64,000 nt of DNA from an uncultured Pseudomonadota bacterium (GTDB lineage Bacteria > Oederibacteriota > Muellerivitia > Muellerivitales > Muellerivitaceae). Below the pieces are notes generated by a model. That model was not told where the DNA came from, ran no database searches, and worked only from the letters and a program-made list of their open reading frames with translations. A program made the position numbers and the translations under genes. Within the stretch, counting starts at the first letter, position 1. Each line of letters opens with the position of its first letter. Location of the stretch: the NCBI GenBank assembly GCA_963843375.1, contig CAWJKT010000003.1:96001-160000 (forward strand), given 5' to 3'. Of the stretch, positions 10,813 through 20,963 are shown in pieces.

Positions 10813-11268
10813 ATGAAAATAGCTATTGGCTCCGATCACGCTGGGTTCGAACTCAAACAGGTCCTTGTTGAGCATCTAAAGCAAGAAGGGCATCAAGTTG
10901 AGGATATGGGAGCTTATAACGCTGAGTCGAGCGATTATCCAGTTTTCGGTGAAAAGGTTGCCAAGGCCGTGGCGTCCAAAACTGCAGATCGTGGTATTGT
11001 CGTTTGTGGAAACGGAATCGGTATGTCGATTGTTGCTAACAAAGTACCAGGAGTTCGCGCCGCCTTGGTTTTTACGGAAAAAATGGCGGAACAAACACGA
11101 TCCCATAACGACTCGAACGTCCTTTCATTAGCGGGTCGGGACTTGCCTCAGGAAACGAATCTGAGACTCGCTGATATTTGGCTTAAGACACCTTTCAGCA
11201 AAGTGGAGCGCCACATTCGTCGGGTGGAAGAAATCAGGAAAATCGAAGTGACGGATCTCAAATCCTAA
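10813..11268 (+). CDS. rpiB: Ribose-5-phosphate isomerase B
   Basis: IAIGSDHAG, DYP, CGNGIGMSIVANKVPGVRAA, HNDSNVL. Confidence 0.95.
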   Translation: MKIAIGSDHAGFELKQVLVEHLKQEGHQVEDMGAYNAESSDYPVFGEKVAKAVASKTADRGIVVCGNGIGMSIVANKVPGVRAALVFTEKMAEQTRSHNDSNVLSLAGRDLPQETNLRLADIWLKTPFSKVERHIRRVEEIRKIEVTDLKS

Positions 11269-11281
11269 TTAAGGCTTGGAT

Positions 11282-11693
11282 ATGAAATGGTTGATGAACG
11301 GGATTTTTTTTGCTGACGTTGGCAGTCCTTTTATGGCGGGTGTTCCCTTTCGCCGGACGAAAAGGTGTCGCGGGAACAGGCGTTAAAACAAACAGTAGAT
11401 ACATTTGTTGCCGACGTGATTCAAGCCGATTGGAATGACGCCTATCGGCTAACTGACGGAAGTTTTCCCAATGCAGACCGGTTGAAAACACAAATTATGC
11501 AAAGCTGGGTTACCGATGCCACGATTGACCAATGGCGATATCGCTTCTATGGCATGGGTTTCGGATGAAACTGCGAAGGTCAAATTGACATGGACATTTC
11601 CAATCGGGGAGCGTTCAAAGTTTTTCAAACGAAACCTTTGTATGGCGATGGACGGGGAATAGTTGGAAGTACCGCGGCCGGGCGATCCGATAA
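11282..11693 (+). CDS. Putative small lipoprotein, several frameshifts
   Basis: Fragments across frames give a signal peptide ending in a MAGC-like lipobox, then SREQALKQTVDTFV...WNDAY...AKVKLTWTF...WKYRGR. Confidence 0.45.
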
Positions 11694-11748
11694 AGGAAAT
11701 ATTTATTTGTTTTGTAATGAGTTCGGTGGATTAAGTTCTTAGTTTATT

Positions 11749-11783
11749 AAAAAAGCCATCACCCAAGAGGGAAATGGCTTTTT
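11749..11783. terminator. Bidirectional intrinsic terminator between convergent genes
   Basis: AAAAAGCCAT-CACCCAAGAGGGAA-ATGGCTTTTT inverted repeat with A and T tails. Confidence 0.7.
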
Positions 11784-11838
11784 CGTTTATAACCCGAAAT
11801 TGTAAACTTATTACTTGCAACGCCGCTTTTTGATTTTT

Positions 11839-12087
11839 TTAAGAAGCCTTTCGAATGGCTTGGCGCTTTTGAACCTTGCCAGAACGCAAGCAACGGGTAC
11901 AAACCAAAAGGCGCTTGGGGCGACCATCTACCACGGCGCGGATAACTTGAAGATTGGGCATTTGGCGGCGCAGATGCACGCCGGTGATGTTCAACCCGAT
12001 ACCACCCTCTTTTTTCGATTTACCACGGCGGGTAATCTTGCGGGCTTTGATCGGGCCTTTGGAACAGATATCACAAACTTGAGCCAT
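11839..12087 (-). CDS. rpmB: 50S ribosomal protein L28
   Basis: MAQVCDICSKGP...RRQMPNLQ...VCTRCLRSGKV; divergent from recG. Confidence 0.95.
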   Translation of the reverse strand: MAQVCDICSKGPIKARKITRRGKSKKEGGIGLNITGVHLRRQMPNLQVIRAVVDGRPKRLLVCTRCLRSGKVQKRQAIRKAS

Positions 12088-12303
12088 TGCAATACTCCTC
12101 TTTTTTTGAGACTAGGGGCGGCATTATACGTAAATGGTTTTGAAATAAACAAGCGTTTTTCACCCCGAATTCCGTTAAAAAGGCCTGATTATCCCCAGAC
12201 GGGGCTCGGGTGGTCTCAAAGTTAAAATTGCCCTCTTTGTGAGTCCTTTAGGGGTTTTCAGAATGAGATTTATCAAACCGGAAAATGTTAAGGTGGCCTT
12301 CAA

Positions 12304-14702
12304 ATGACATCCGTACCAAACAACTTGAAAATTGGCTTAAAGCCCCTTCGACTGGAGGAAAAACAAGATTTCGCCAACAAATCGGTGATGAGGGGTTTAG
12401 ACGATTATTTAATGGCTCAATGCGACCAAATCTTGAAATCACTACCTTTGGAATTTGGGGAAACCAAAGAATTCTCAACTTTCTTGAAAGAGCTGCGGAG
12501 TTCCTTTTCTCAATATATGACCTATAAGCTCCCAAGAACGTCGTCAATTGGTTGTTGAAGCCCAAAAGAGAATTAAAGAATGGGTGGACAAGCTTCCCAA
12601 GGGAATCCTTATTTCCCAAACTTTCTTCTGAAAAGGGAAGTTTATCGGATTCCGTTTTGCAACTTATTCCCAAAGAAAAACAACGCGCCTTTCAATTAAC
12701 TGGGCTTAAGACCCTGGACGATTTGTTGCACTATTCACCTAAATGGGCGGTCCAGGGAAGCTCTTTTACACCCATTGCCCAATGTGTCAACCGTGAAGAG
12801 CCTTATTTCATCTTGGCTCGAATTAACGGTATATCCGAAGTTCGGCGAGGGCCACGGGTAATGGTCAAGGTCGTCTTGCAGGATGCTACCGGGTATTTAA
12901 ATTGGGTATGGTTCAACCGGCCTTACCTTAAAAAAGAACTGACCAATGGTCGTTGGGTTTTGCTTCATGAGACGCCCCAAGTGTCTAAATGGGGAAAGCA
13001 GGTTATCGGCAAAGCGGAGGCCTTCGAGTTCCTGGACCCCTCGGAAGAGCAGGCCTTAAGGGAGGGGAAAGTGATCGTTTTTTATCCTTCCACAAACACC
13101 CTGACTCAATTTTTTTGGCGAAATATCATGGGTTTAGCTCTTGGAAAATATAGGACAGTTAATTCCTTCCAGCAAATACTCTTATTCCATATTTGGAAAG
13201 ATCCCCTTGTCTGAAGCGATTCAGGAAATCCATCATCCAATCAGCTTGGAATCCTTCGAAGCGGGCCCGCAAGAGGCTGGCTTTTGAGGAACTTTTGGCC
13301 CTACAAACTTTTCTCATCGTCAAAAGGCGTGCAATCGAGAAAAGGGAAAAGGGAAGGCAATACAAATTTGATGGGGAGAAAGTTCTTAAATTCCGAAAAA
13401 GTATCCCATACCAACTCACCCAGGCCCAAAAAAGGGTTGTAAAGGAAATCCGGGAGGATTTGGCCAAACCCCATCCGATGAACCGGCTTTTACAAGGGGA
13501 TGTGGGAAGCGGTAAGACACTGGTGGCGGCCATTTCTTTTCTCTATGCGGCCGATTCGGACCTCCAAAGCGCCTTTATGGCGCCCACCGAAATACTGGCC
13601 CAACAGCACTATGCCAGCTTGGTGAAACTGTTGGAGCCGGTTGGATTAAAAACTGCTTTTGCTACCAGCGACATGAAGGCGAAGGCCAAAAGAGAGGCTT
13701 TGGAGATGTTGGCGCTGGGAAAGGTGGATGTGGCTGTCGGGACCCATGCGCTTTTGGAAGAAAATGTTGGGTTCAAGAACTTGGGTTTCCTGGTGATCGA
13801 TGAACGGCACAAATTCGGTGTCCTGCAGAGGGCCGCGTTGGAAGGGAAAGGGCAAATGGCCCGATTGCCTCATGATGACGGCCACACCCTTTCCACGCGC
13901 CTTGGTTTTAACCGAATATGGGGATACGGATTTGTCCTTGCTGGATGAGTTCCCCAAGGGTCGAAAGGCCATCAAGACATTTTGGAAAAACGAATCCCAA
14001 AAGAATGAAGTTTACACATTCGCAAAAGAAAGAATCTTAAAAGGGGAACAGGTTTTTTGGGTGTTTCCCGTGGTGGAAGAGTCCAAAACCTTCCTGAAGT
14101 CGGCCATTCAAATGCACCAGCATTTCCAAAAGGAAGTTTTTCATGGGTTTAAGGTTGGGCTTTTACATGGAAAGATGAAGAAAGAAGAAAAAGAAGCGGT
14201 CATGGCGGCATTTTCGAAAAATGAGATCCAGTTATTGGTCGCGACAACTGTCATTGAAGTGGGAATTGATATCCCCAACGCCACGGTCATGGTGGTGGAA
14301 CATGCGGAACGGTTTGGGTTGGCTCAATTACACCAATTACGAGGGAGGGTGGGAAGGGGGGGAGACCAATCTTTTTGTTTTCTTATAACCTCGCCCCTCA
14401 TTTCCAGCGATGCTATTAAACGAATGAAAATCATGATCGAAACCCTTGATGGGTTCAAACTTTCGGAACTTGACCTTAAAATGCGGGGACCAGGGGAGAT
14501 CTTCGGTGTGGCCCAGTCAGGACGCCGTGAAGGCGGGATTGTGGATTTGAAAAGGGATGTGGATGTGGTTGATGAAGCCCGCAAAGCCGCAACAACTATT
14601 CTCGAGGGAGATCCGAAGCTTTTATCTGAAGATAACAAGGGACTGCGCCAAAATTTGGAAACCAAGTATCGGGATTTGTTGGATTTAGCCCAGATGTCAT
14701 AA
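12304..14702 (+). CDS. recG: ATP-dependent DNA helicase RecG, split by at least 3 frameshifts
   Basis: Wedge domain WFNRPYL; RLLQGDVGSGKT, MAPTEILAQQH, IDERHKFGV, MTATP, ERFGLAQLHQLRGRVGRG, DLKMRGPGE across ORFs 12304, 12552, 13193 and 13800. Confidence 0.93.
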
Positions 14703-14807
14703 ATCCAATCTAAGGAAGTAACGGGACAGGTTTAAAAAATAACTACCCGGTTTGTTTCGAAGATTAACTAGAAGTGGTTCGAGTCCGGAATTAGGAGTCA
14801 GCACCAG

Positions 14808-15374
14808 ATGAGAGTCATCGCTGGAAAATTTAAAAGCCGCTCCGTTAAGGCGCCCAAAAATATGCGGATTCGCCCTACATCTGACAAAGTGAAAGGGGCG
14901 CTTTTCAATATGTTGGAACCCTTAGAGGGTTGTAGCTTGGTGGATTTTTACGCCGGAACAGGCAATCTAGGGATCGAAGCTTTGAGCAGGGGAGCCACCG
15001 AGGTTGTCTTTGTTGAAAAAGAACCCGATAGTCTGAAACTCGTGACAGAGAATCTGCAAAGTTTTGGAATAAATCCTCGTGATCCAGATGGAAATATTCA
15101 AATTATTCCATCGGAAGTAGGCAGGGCTTTTAATTTGCTTCGGCAGAGAGGCAAAAAATTTGATATTCTACTGGCCGATCCGCCGTATGAAATTGGTGTT
15201 TTAAAACTACTTCAGAATCTATTGATGGAGTATCCAATTCTCAAAGAAGGCGGCATTTTCGCCATTGAGCACGGTTTGAAAGATACGGAGATGTCTGCCG
15301 ATTTTCCTTATCCCTTGATTCGGCAAAAGAAATATGGGGATACCTTATTAAGTTTATTTAAGAATTCAAAATGA
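14808..15374 (+). CDS. rsmD: 16S rRNA m2G966 methyltransferase
   Basis: MRVIAG, RPTSDKVK, DFYAGTGNLGIEALSRGA, DPPY. Confidence 0.95.
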   Translation: MRVIAGKFKSRSVKAPKNMRIRPTSDKVKGALFNMLEPLEGCSLVDFYAGTGNLGIEALSRGATEVVFVEKEPDSLKLVTENLQSFGINPRDPDGNIQIIPSEVGRAFNLLRQRGKKFDILLADPPYEIGVLKLLQNLLMEYPILKEGGIFAIEHGLKDTEMSADFPYPLIRQKKYGDTLLSLFKNSK

Positions 15375-15418
15375 TTAGGTTCTTTGCAATGTTGACCAAA
15401 AGACGGGGACAAAATTAA

Positions 15419-15907
15419 ATGGCTAAAAAGAAAATAATGATAGGGCTCTATCCCGGCTCCTTTGATCCGGTCACCAACGGCCACTTGGACATCGCCGAAA
15501 GAGCGTTCCAACTATGTGATGAGCTGTACGTGTCGGTGGTGGCTAATCCTTCAAAAGACGCTCTATTTTCTGTTGAAGAACGGGTGGCGCTTCTTCGACA
15601 GACGACAAAACACTTACCCAAGATTATTATTTCATCTTTTAACGGATTATTGGTCGATTATGCTCGTGAAATTAAAGCCAACCTCATTTTTCGGGGTTTG
15701 CGTGCGGTTTCGGATTTTGAGTACGAATTCCAAATGGCTCTGATCAATCGGACTTTGCACCAACAGATTGAAGTGGTGTTTTTAGTTCCAAATGAAAAGT
15801 TTATCTTCTTATCATCGAGTTCAATTAAAGAAGTGGCTAAATTAGGGGGCGACGTTAGTGGTTTTGTGCCCTCGGTTGTTGAAAAAGCACTTCGCAAACG
15901 CTATTGA
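15419..15907 (+). CDS. coaD: Phosphopantetheine adenylyltransferase
   Basis: YPGSFDPVTNGHLDI, RGLRAVSDFEYE, SSSSIKE. Confidence 0.97.
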   Translation: MAKKKIMIGLYPGSFDPVTNGHLDIAERAFQLCDELYVSVVANPSKDALFSVEERVALLRQTTKHLPKIIISSFNGLLVDYAREIKANLIFRGLRAVSDFEYEFQMALINRTLHQQIEVVFLVPNEKFIFLSSSSIKEVAKLGGDVSGFVPSVVEKALRKRY

Positions 15908-15962
15908 TCGAATCTAACGAATATAACTCCTGGTAAATGGGCCTGGAAATAGGGGTATTTCC

Positions 15963-15992
15963 TTGACACTGAAAGAGTGGGATTCCTATAAT
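15963..15992 (+). promoter_or_regulatory. Sigma70-type promoter for the yceD-rpmF-plsX-fab operon
   Basis: TTGACA (15963)-18 bp-TATAAT (15987). Confidence 0.75.
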
Positions 15993-16115
15993 CCGACTGC
16001 TTTTTAGGCCTTAGCAGTTGCCAGCCCATAGCTTTCAGCCTTAAATTATAAACAGAATCCGGTTTTGATGCCTGAAGGTTAAATGTTGGTTTTATGGAAG
16101 GGAGGCGACGCAAAG

Positions 16116-16637
16116 ATGTTGAAGGTGGAATTGCGCTCGCTTGAAAAAGAAGATCTGGTTTTAGAAGAGAAGAGTTGGGCCCATTCTTTAGGACTGGATT
16201 TGGCGCCTGAATTAAGCCGGGAACCGCTGGCGATTTTTTGTCAAGTTTCCAAAAACGGAGATTTGATTTCAGTCAAGGGTTCGGTTCAAAGCAAGATGCT
16301 TTTAACCTGCGGTCGTTGTCTGAAGGAATTCGAGACTCCTTACAAGTCCTTTTTTGAGGTCCATTACCGGCCCGAATGCGAGGGCGGTCCCGAGGAAAAA
16401 GAAAGTTTTCCGGATGGTGAAGTGGAGATTGTCTATTTCGAAGGGGATGTGCTGGATATTGGGGATCAAATCCGCCAGACCGTCCTTCTTTCGGTGCCCA
16501 TGAGGGCCCTTTGCCGAGACGATTGCCAGGGGCTCTGTAGCGGCTGTGGTTGTGATTTGAACCTGGAGTCCTGTCGTTGCACGGAACCTCCCTCCGATTC
16601 AAGATGGGAAACATTGCGGAAATGGAAATCCGAATAG
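16116..16637 (+). CDS. yceD: DUF177/YceD family protein
   Basis: CGRCL, PMRALCRDDCQGLCSGCG, DSRW; lies upstream of rpmF; GGAGG RBS. Confidence 0.9.
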   Translation: MLKVELRSLEKEDLVLEEKSWAHSLGLDLAPELSREPLAIFCQVSKNGDLISVKGSVQSKMLLTCGRCLKEFETPYKSFFEVHYRPECEGGPEEKESFPDGEVEIVYFEGDVLDIGDQIRQTVLLSVPMRALCRDDCQGLCSGCGCDLNLESCRCTEPPSDSRWETLRKWKSE

Positions 16638-16719
16638 GTTGATTATGGTTGGCGGCTGGCTTTTGACAGCTTCGACACATAGTTGGTTGAATGAAGATTT
16701 TAAAATTTTGGAGGTTGTC

Positions 16720-16902
16720 ATGGCAAATCCGAAACGGCGGCATTCCCGTCAGCGCCGCGATAAGCGCCGTACCAACTGGAAAATCAAGACCAAGTCTCTA
16801 TCGGTCTGTCCCCAGTGCAAAAGCGCCAAAATGCCCCACCGTGTTTGTCCCACTTGCGGTTATTACAAGGGTAAAGAAGTCGTCAGTGTTGATATTGCTT
16901 AA
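16720..16902 (+). CDS. rpmF: 50S ribosomal protein L32
   Basis: MANPKRRHSRQRRDKRR, CPQC, PHRVCPTCGYY; GGAGG RBS. Confidence 0.97.
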   Translation: MANPKRRHSRQRRDKRRTNWKIKTKSLSVCPQCKSAKMPHRVCPTCGYYKGKEVVSVDIA

Positions 16903-16911
16903 ATAATCCAA

Positions 16912-17967
16912 ATGAGAATAGCCCTTGATGCAATGGGTGGTGACGCAGCTCCCAGGGAAATTGTCCAGGGGGCCGTCCTCGCCGTTCGTGACGCCGAAGT
17001 CCTCGGTATGGCTAATCATGACCTGGAAATTGTTCTTGTAGGCCGCAAAGAAGCTATCGAAAAAGAACTATCCAATATTGGCAATTATCCCCGGAAATCC
17101 ATATCCATTGTTGATGCACGGGAAGTTGTTGAAATGGGCGAACCCCCTGCGCAAGCTTGCAAACAAAAACGTGATTCCTCAGTAGTGCGTTGTGCGGGAA
17201 TGGTCAAAAAAGGGGAAGTTGTCGCTACCGTTTCGGCCGGAAACTCCGGCGCCACTATGGCTGCGGCCCTGATGATGTGCGGCCGGATCGATGGGGTATT
17301 ACGCCCCGCCATTACGACCATGGTTCCTAGCATTCAAGGAGTATCCGTTTTGGTGGATGCAGGCGCCAATGTGGATTGCAAGGCTAAGCATTTACTCCAG
17401 TTCGCTTTAATGGGCGAAGTGTTCGCCCGGACGGTGTTGAACTTCAAAAATCCCAGGGTGGGTCTTCTTTCCATCGGGGAAGAAGAAACCAAAGGCAATG
17501 AATTAGTTTTCGAAACTCAGGTTCTCCTAAAAAAAGTTCCTATCAATTACATCGGAAATGTCGAAGGACGTGACATCGTGAATGGTAATACCGATGTTAC
17601 TGTTTGCGATGGATTCACCGGAAACGTGACACTGAAAGCTATAGAAGGCGTTGGAGAACTGGTATATAACCTTCTGAAAAAAGAAATGAGTTCGAATTTA
17701 TTTACGTTATTAGGTGGCCTTTTGGCCGCGCCAGCTTTTCGACGTTTTAAAAGGGCCATTGATTATAAAGAGTACGGTGGTGCTCCGTTGTTGGGAATAG
17801 ATGGTTTAAGCCTGATTTCCCACGGAAAATCAAACGCTGTCGCGATAAAAAACGCTGTCCGAGCGACTTTGCGGTGTGTTAATCGAGATATGAACGGCAT
17901 ATTGAAAGACCAAATCTTGAAACATGGTCAAGTGGTGGATAAGCCTGAACCCAAGTCCGGGAGTTGA
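16912..17967 (+). CDS. plsX: Phosphate acyltransferase
   Basis: IALDAMGGD, SAGNSGA, DAGANVD, IGEEETKG, YGGAPLLG. Confidence 0.97.
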   Translation: MRIALDAMGGDAAPREIVQGAVLAVRDAEVLGMANHDLEIVLVGRKEAIEKELSNIGNYPRKSISIVDAREVVEMGEPPAQACKQKRDSSVVRCAGMVKKGEVVATVSAGNSGATMAAALMMCGRIDGVLRPAITTMVPSIQGVSVLVDAGANVDCKAKHLLQFALMGEVFARTVLNFKNPRVGLLSIGEEETKGNELVFETQVLLKKVPINYIGNVEGRDIVNGNTDVTVCDGFTGNVTLKAIEGVGELVYNLLKKEMSSNLFTLLGGLLAAPAFRRFKRAIDYKEYGGAPLLGIDGLSLISHGKSNAVAIKNAVRATLRCVNRDMNGILKDQILKHGQVVDKPEPKSGS

Positions 17968-17968
17968 A

Positions 17969-18961
17969 GTGAGCCAGAAAATACGCGCCGGATTTCTTGG
18001 GACTGGGTCCTATTTACCCGAAAAAATACTGACTAACCAAGACATGGAAAAAATCATTGATACCTCCGATGAATGGATCGTTACCCGGACTGGCATCAAA
18101 GAACGACACATTGCGGCCCCAGACCAAACCACTTCGGATATGGCAACGGAAGCGGCCAAAAGGGCGATAGAAGCGGCGGGAATAAAAGCCACCGATCTTG
18201 ATCTAATTATTGTCGCAACCATTACACCTGATATGCCCACTCCCGCAACCGCCTGTTGGGTTCAAAGTAAATTGGGAGCTCCTCAGGCAGCAGCATTTGA
18301 TCTTTCTGCCGCTTGTTCAGGATTTGTTTATGGGTTATCTGTGGCCCGAGCATTCGTGGAAAGTGGAACTTACAAAAGGATTTTGCTGATTGGGGCGGAG
18401 AAATTAACTGCTTTTATTGATTGGAAGGACAGGGCCACCTGCGTGCTTTTCGGTGATGGGGCGGGTGCGGCCATAATCGGGCCCGTTGAAGAGGGCCAAC
18501 ATGAAATTCTTTCATCCTATATGGCTGCCAATGGCAAAGAAGCTGAGCTTTTAAAAATACCCGGTGGCGGTTGCCGGTATCCTCCCTCGTTACAAACAGT
18601 AGAACAAAGTCTTCATACCTTGAAAATGGAGGGAAAGGAAATTTTCAAGACGGCCGTAAAAGTAATGACAGAAGCAACCCTTGAGGCCATTCGGAGAGCC
18701 GGGCTAAAAATCGAAGATATTTCCATGGTGGTTCCCCACCAAGCCAACATTCGAATCATCAATGCCATCGGAGAAAGATTAAATCTGCCGCCGGAAATGC
18801 TTTTTATGAATTTGGATAAAATTGGCAATACCTCAGCCGCTTCCGTCATTATCGCCTTAGATGAAATTGTGAGAACAGGAAAAATCAAAAAGGGACAGGC
18901 ACTTGTTTTTGTCGCCTTTGGAGCCGGAACCACCTTGGCTTCCTGCGCGGTGAGGTGGTAA
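17969..18961 (+). CDS. fabH: Beta-ketoacyl-ACP synthase III
   Basis: DTSDEWIVTRTGI, AACSGF, PHQANIRI, GNTSAAS. Confidence 0.97.
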   Translation: MSQKIRAGFLGTGSYLPEKILTNQDMEKIIDTSDEWIVTRTGIKERHIAAPDQTTSDMATEAAKRAIEAAGIKATDLDLIIVATITPDMPTPATACWVQSKLGAPQAAAFDLSAACSGFVYGLSVARAFVESGTYKRILLIGAEKLTAFIDWKDRATCVLFGDGAGAAIIGPVEEGQHEILSSYMAANGKEAELLKIPGGGCRYPPSLQTVEQSLHTLKMEGKEIFKTAVKVMTEATLEAIRRAGLKIEDISMVVPHQANIRIINAIGERLNLPPEMLFMNLDKIGNTSAASVIIALDEIVRTGKIKKGQALVFVAFGAGTTLASCAVRW

Positions 18962-18964
18962 GTC

Positions 18965-19888
18965 GTGAAACGAGCATTTGTATTTCCTGGACAGGGTTCC
19001 CAATCGGCGGGAATGGGGAAAGATCTTTATGAAGCCTATGCGGAATGCAAGGATCTCTTTGAAAGGGCTGATCAGGTTCTCGGATTCTCGCTTTCTAAAA
19101 TTTGTTTTGAGGGTCCCGAGGAAGAATTAAAAAAAACAACCGTAACCCAACCGGCCCTATTGGTTTGTTCTATCGCGGTTCTGGCTATCTTAAAAAAAGG
19201 CAACGTTGGGTATTCAGCCGTAGCGGGGCATAGCCTTGGGGCTTATAGTGCTCTTGCTGCGGCCAATGTTATTGATTTCGAAGATGCCGTTAAGTTGGTT
19301 CGACTCCGGGGGGAGTTAATGGAAGAAGCTGGTAAGGGCAAGGGAACGATGGCGGTCATCCTTAATTTGGACGAGGAAAAAGTATTACAAGCCTGCAAAG
19401 AAGCTTCTTCCCTGGGGGTGGTGGAACCCGCCAATGTCAACTGTCCCGGACAAATTGTGATTTCGGGTGAAAAGGCTGCGGTGGCAGCCGCCTGTGAGAA
19501 GGCCAAGGTTTTAGGTGCCAAAAGAGCGATGGAACTTCAGGTGAGCGGGCCTTTCCACAGTTCTCTAATGAAACAAGCTGCCGATGGTTTACGTCAGGCT
19601 TTAGAAAATGTGAAATTCTCCTCGCCGCAGGTTACTTATTATTCTGATATTGAAGCCGTAATCCTGAGTGATGCCAACCAGATTAAGGAAAGTTTAGTTC
19701 GTCAGCTCATGGCACCCGTTCAATGGATTCAGACTATTGAAAAAATGACTCAGGATGGTTTTTCCAATTTCGTGGAAGTGGGTTCGGGTAGAGTGTTGAG
19801 TGGCCTCATTAAAAAGATTTCCAAGGATTCCATAGTGTCAAACGCGGGTGATGTGGATTCGATTAAATCGGTCATTGAGGCCAAATGA
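18965..19888 (+). CDS. fabD: Malonyl-CoA:ACP transacylase
   Basis: FPGQGSQ, GHSLG, VSGPFHS. Confidence 0.97.
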   Translation: MKRAFVFPGQGSQSAGMGKDLYEAYAECKDLFERADQVLGFSLSKICFEGPEEELKKTTVTQPALLVCSIAVLAILKKGNVGYSAVAGHSLGAYSALAAANVIDFEDAVKLVRLRGELMEEAGKGKGTMAVILNLDEEKVLQACKEASSLGVVEPANVNCPGQIVISGEKAAVAAACEKAKVLGAKRAMELQVSGPFHSSLMKQAADGLRQALENVKFSSPQVTYYSDIEAVILSDANQIKESLVRQLMAPVQWIQTIEKMTQDGFSNFVEVGSGRVLSGLIKKISKDSIVSNAGDVDSIKSVIEAK

Positions 19889-20625
19889 AACTCAAAGATA
19901 AAATTGCAGTTGTTACAGGGGGTAATCGGGGGATTGGCAAGTCCATTGCCCTCACTTTGGGCCAAAATGGGGCTTCTTTGGCTATTTGCGGCATCAATGA
20001 GGCTACTTTGAAGGAAACTGCATCTGAAATTGAAAAAGCTGGCGTTAGATGCCTTGCCAAAAAGGTAGATGTTTCCAATGCTGAAGAAGTCGAGACTTTT
20101 TCTAAGGATGTTTTAAACACTTTTGGAAAAATTGATGTGCTAGTGAACAACGCTGGTATAACGAAAGATAATCTTTTAATCCGCATGAGTGAACAGGAAT
20201 GGGATGAAGTGCTCGATACCAATTTGAAGAGTACGTTTATGATGACCAAGGCTTTCGTTCGATCAATGATGAAAGCTCGGCAGGGGCGCATTATCAATAT
20301 CACTTCTATCATTGGGATCAGGGGTAACGCCGGCCAAGCGAATTATGCTGCCAGCAAAGCCGGAATTATTGGTTTGACGAAAACCACGGCGCGGGAATTC
20401 GCAAGCAGGAACATCACTTGCAATGCCATCGCTCCAGGATTCATTCAAACTGACATGACCAGCCTTTTGGGCGACAAGGCGAAGGAAGAATTGCTAAAAC
20501 AAATTCCTTTGGGGTTTTTAGGGGAAACGGTTGATATTGCTGGTACAGTTTTGTTTTTTGCCTCAAATGAAGCGAGATATATTACAGGACAAGTTATTTG
20601 CGTTGATGGTGGAATGGTGATATAA
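19885..20625 (+). CDS. fabG: 3-oxoacyl-ACP reductase
   Basis: TGGNRGIG, NNAGIT, NYAASKAG. Confidence 0.96.
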   Translation: MKLKDKIAVVTGGNRGIGKSIALTLGQNGASLAICGINEATLKETASEIEKAGVRCLAKKVDVSNAEEVETFSKDVLNTFGKIDVLVNNAGITKDNLLIRMSEQEWDEVLDTNLKSTFMMTKAFVRSMMKARQGRIINITSIIGIRGNAGQANYAASKAGIIGLTKTTAREFASRNITCNAIAPGFIQTDMTSLLGDKAKEELLKQIPLGFLGETVDIAGTVLFFASNEARYITGQVICVDGGMVI

Positions 20626-20705
20626 GAGTCTGCTTTTGGAAGTCGCGGTTGAAAAGAGTTGTTTTTTGCCTATGATGAATCACACTTTTAACGGAGGTGA
20701 AGACG

Positions 20706-20942
20706 ATGGCTATTGAAGAAAAGGTGAAAGAAATTATCGTTGATCAATTGGGAGTTGAACCCGATCAGGTGAAGCCGGAAGCTTCCTTCATTGATGATTT
20801 GGGCGCTGATTCTCTTGATACGGTCGAGTTGGTTATGGCGTTTGAAGAAGAGTTTGACCTGGAAATTCCTGATGATGATGCTGCAAAGATAAAAAGTGTT
20901 GGAGACGCCATTACTTACATCAAGTCCAAAGCTTCGGAATAA
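20706..20942 (+). CDS. acpP: Acyl carrier protein
   Basis: [20 protein letters not shown]. Confidence 0.98.
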   Translation: MAIEEKVKEIIVDQLGVEPDQVKPEASFIDDLGADSLDTVELVMAFEEEFDLEIPDDDAAKIKSVGDAITYIKSKASE

Positions 20943-20963
20943 TTTCCCCGCCGGGAGGGTTTC

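Noticed and set aside
12304..14702. recG (and obgE, rnr, M16 peptidase) as true pseudogenes or programmed frameshifts
   Set aside because: Motifs are intact and indels are scattered and clustered by region, which fits sequencing error better.
16100..16118. GACGCAAAG resembling the c-di-GMP-I riboswitch core
   Set aside because: There is no upstream GGCAAA/GNRA stem or downstream P3; the motif is just the RBS-to-ATG spacer.
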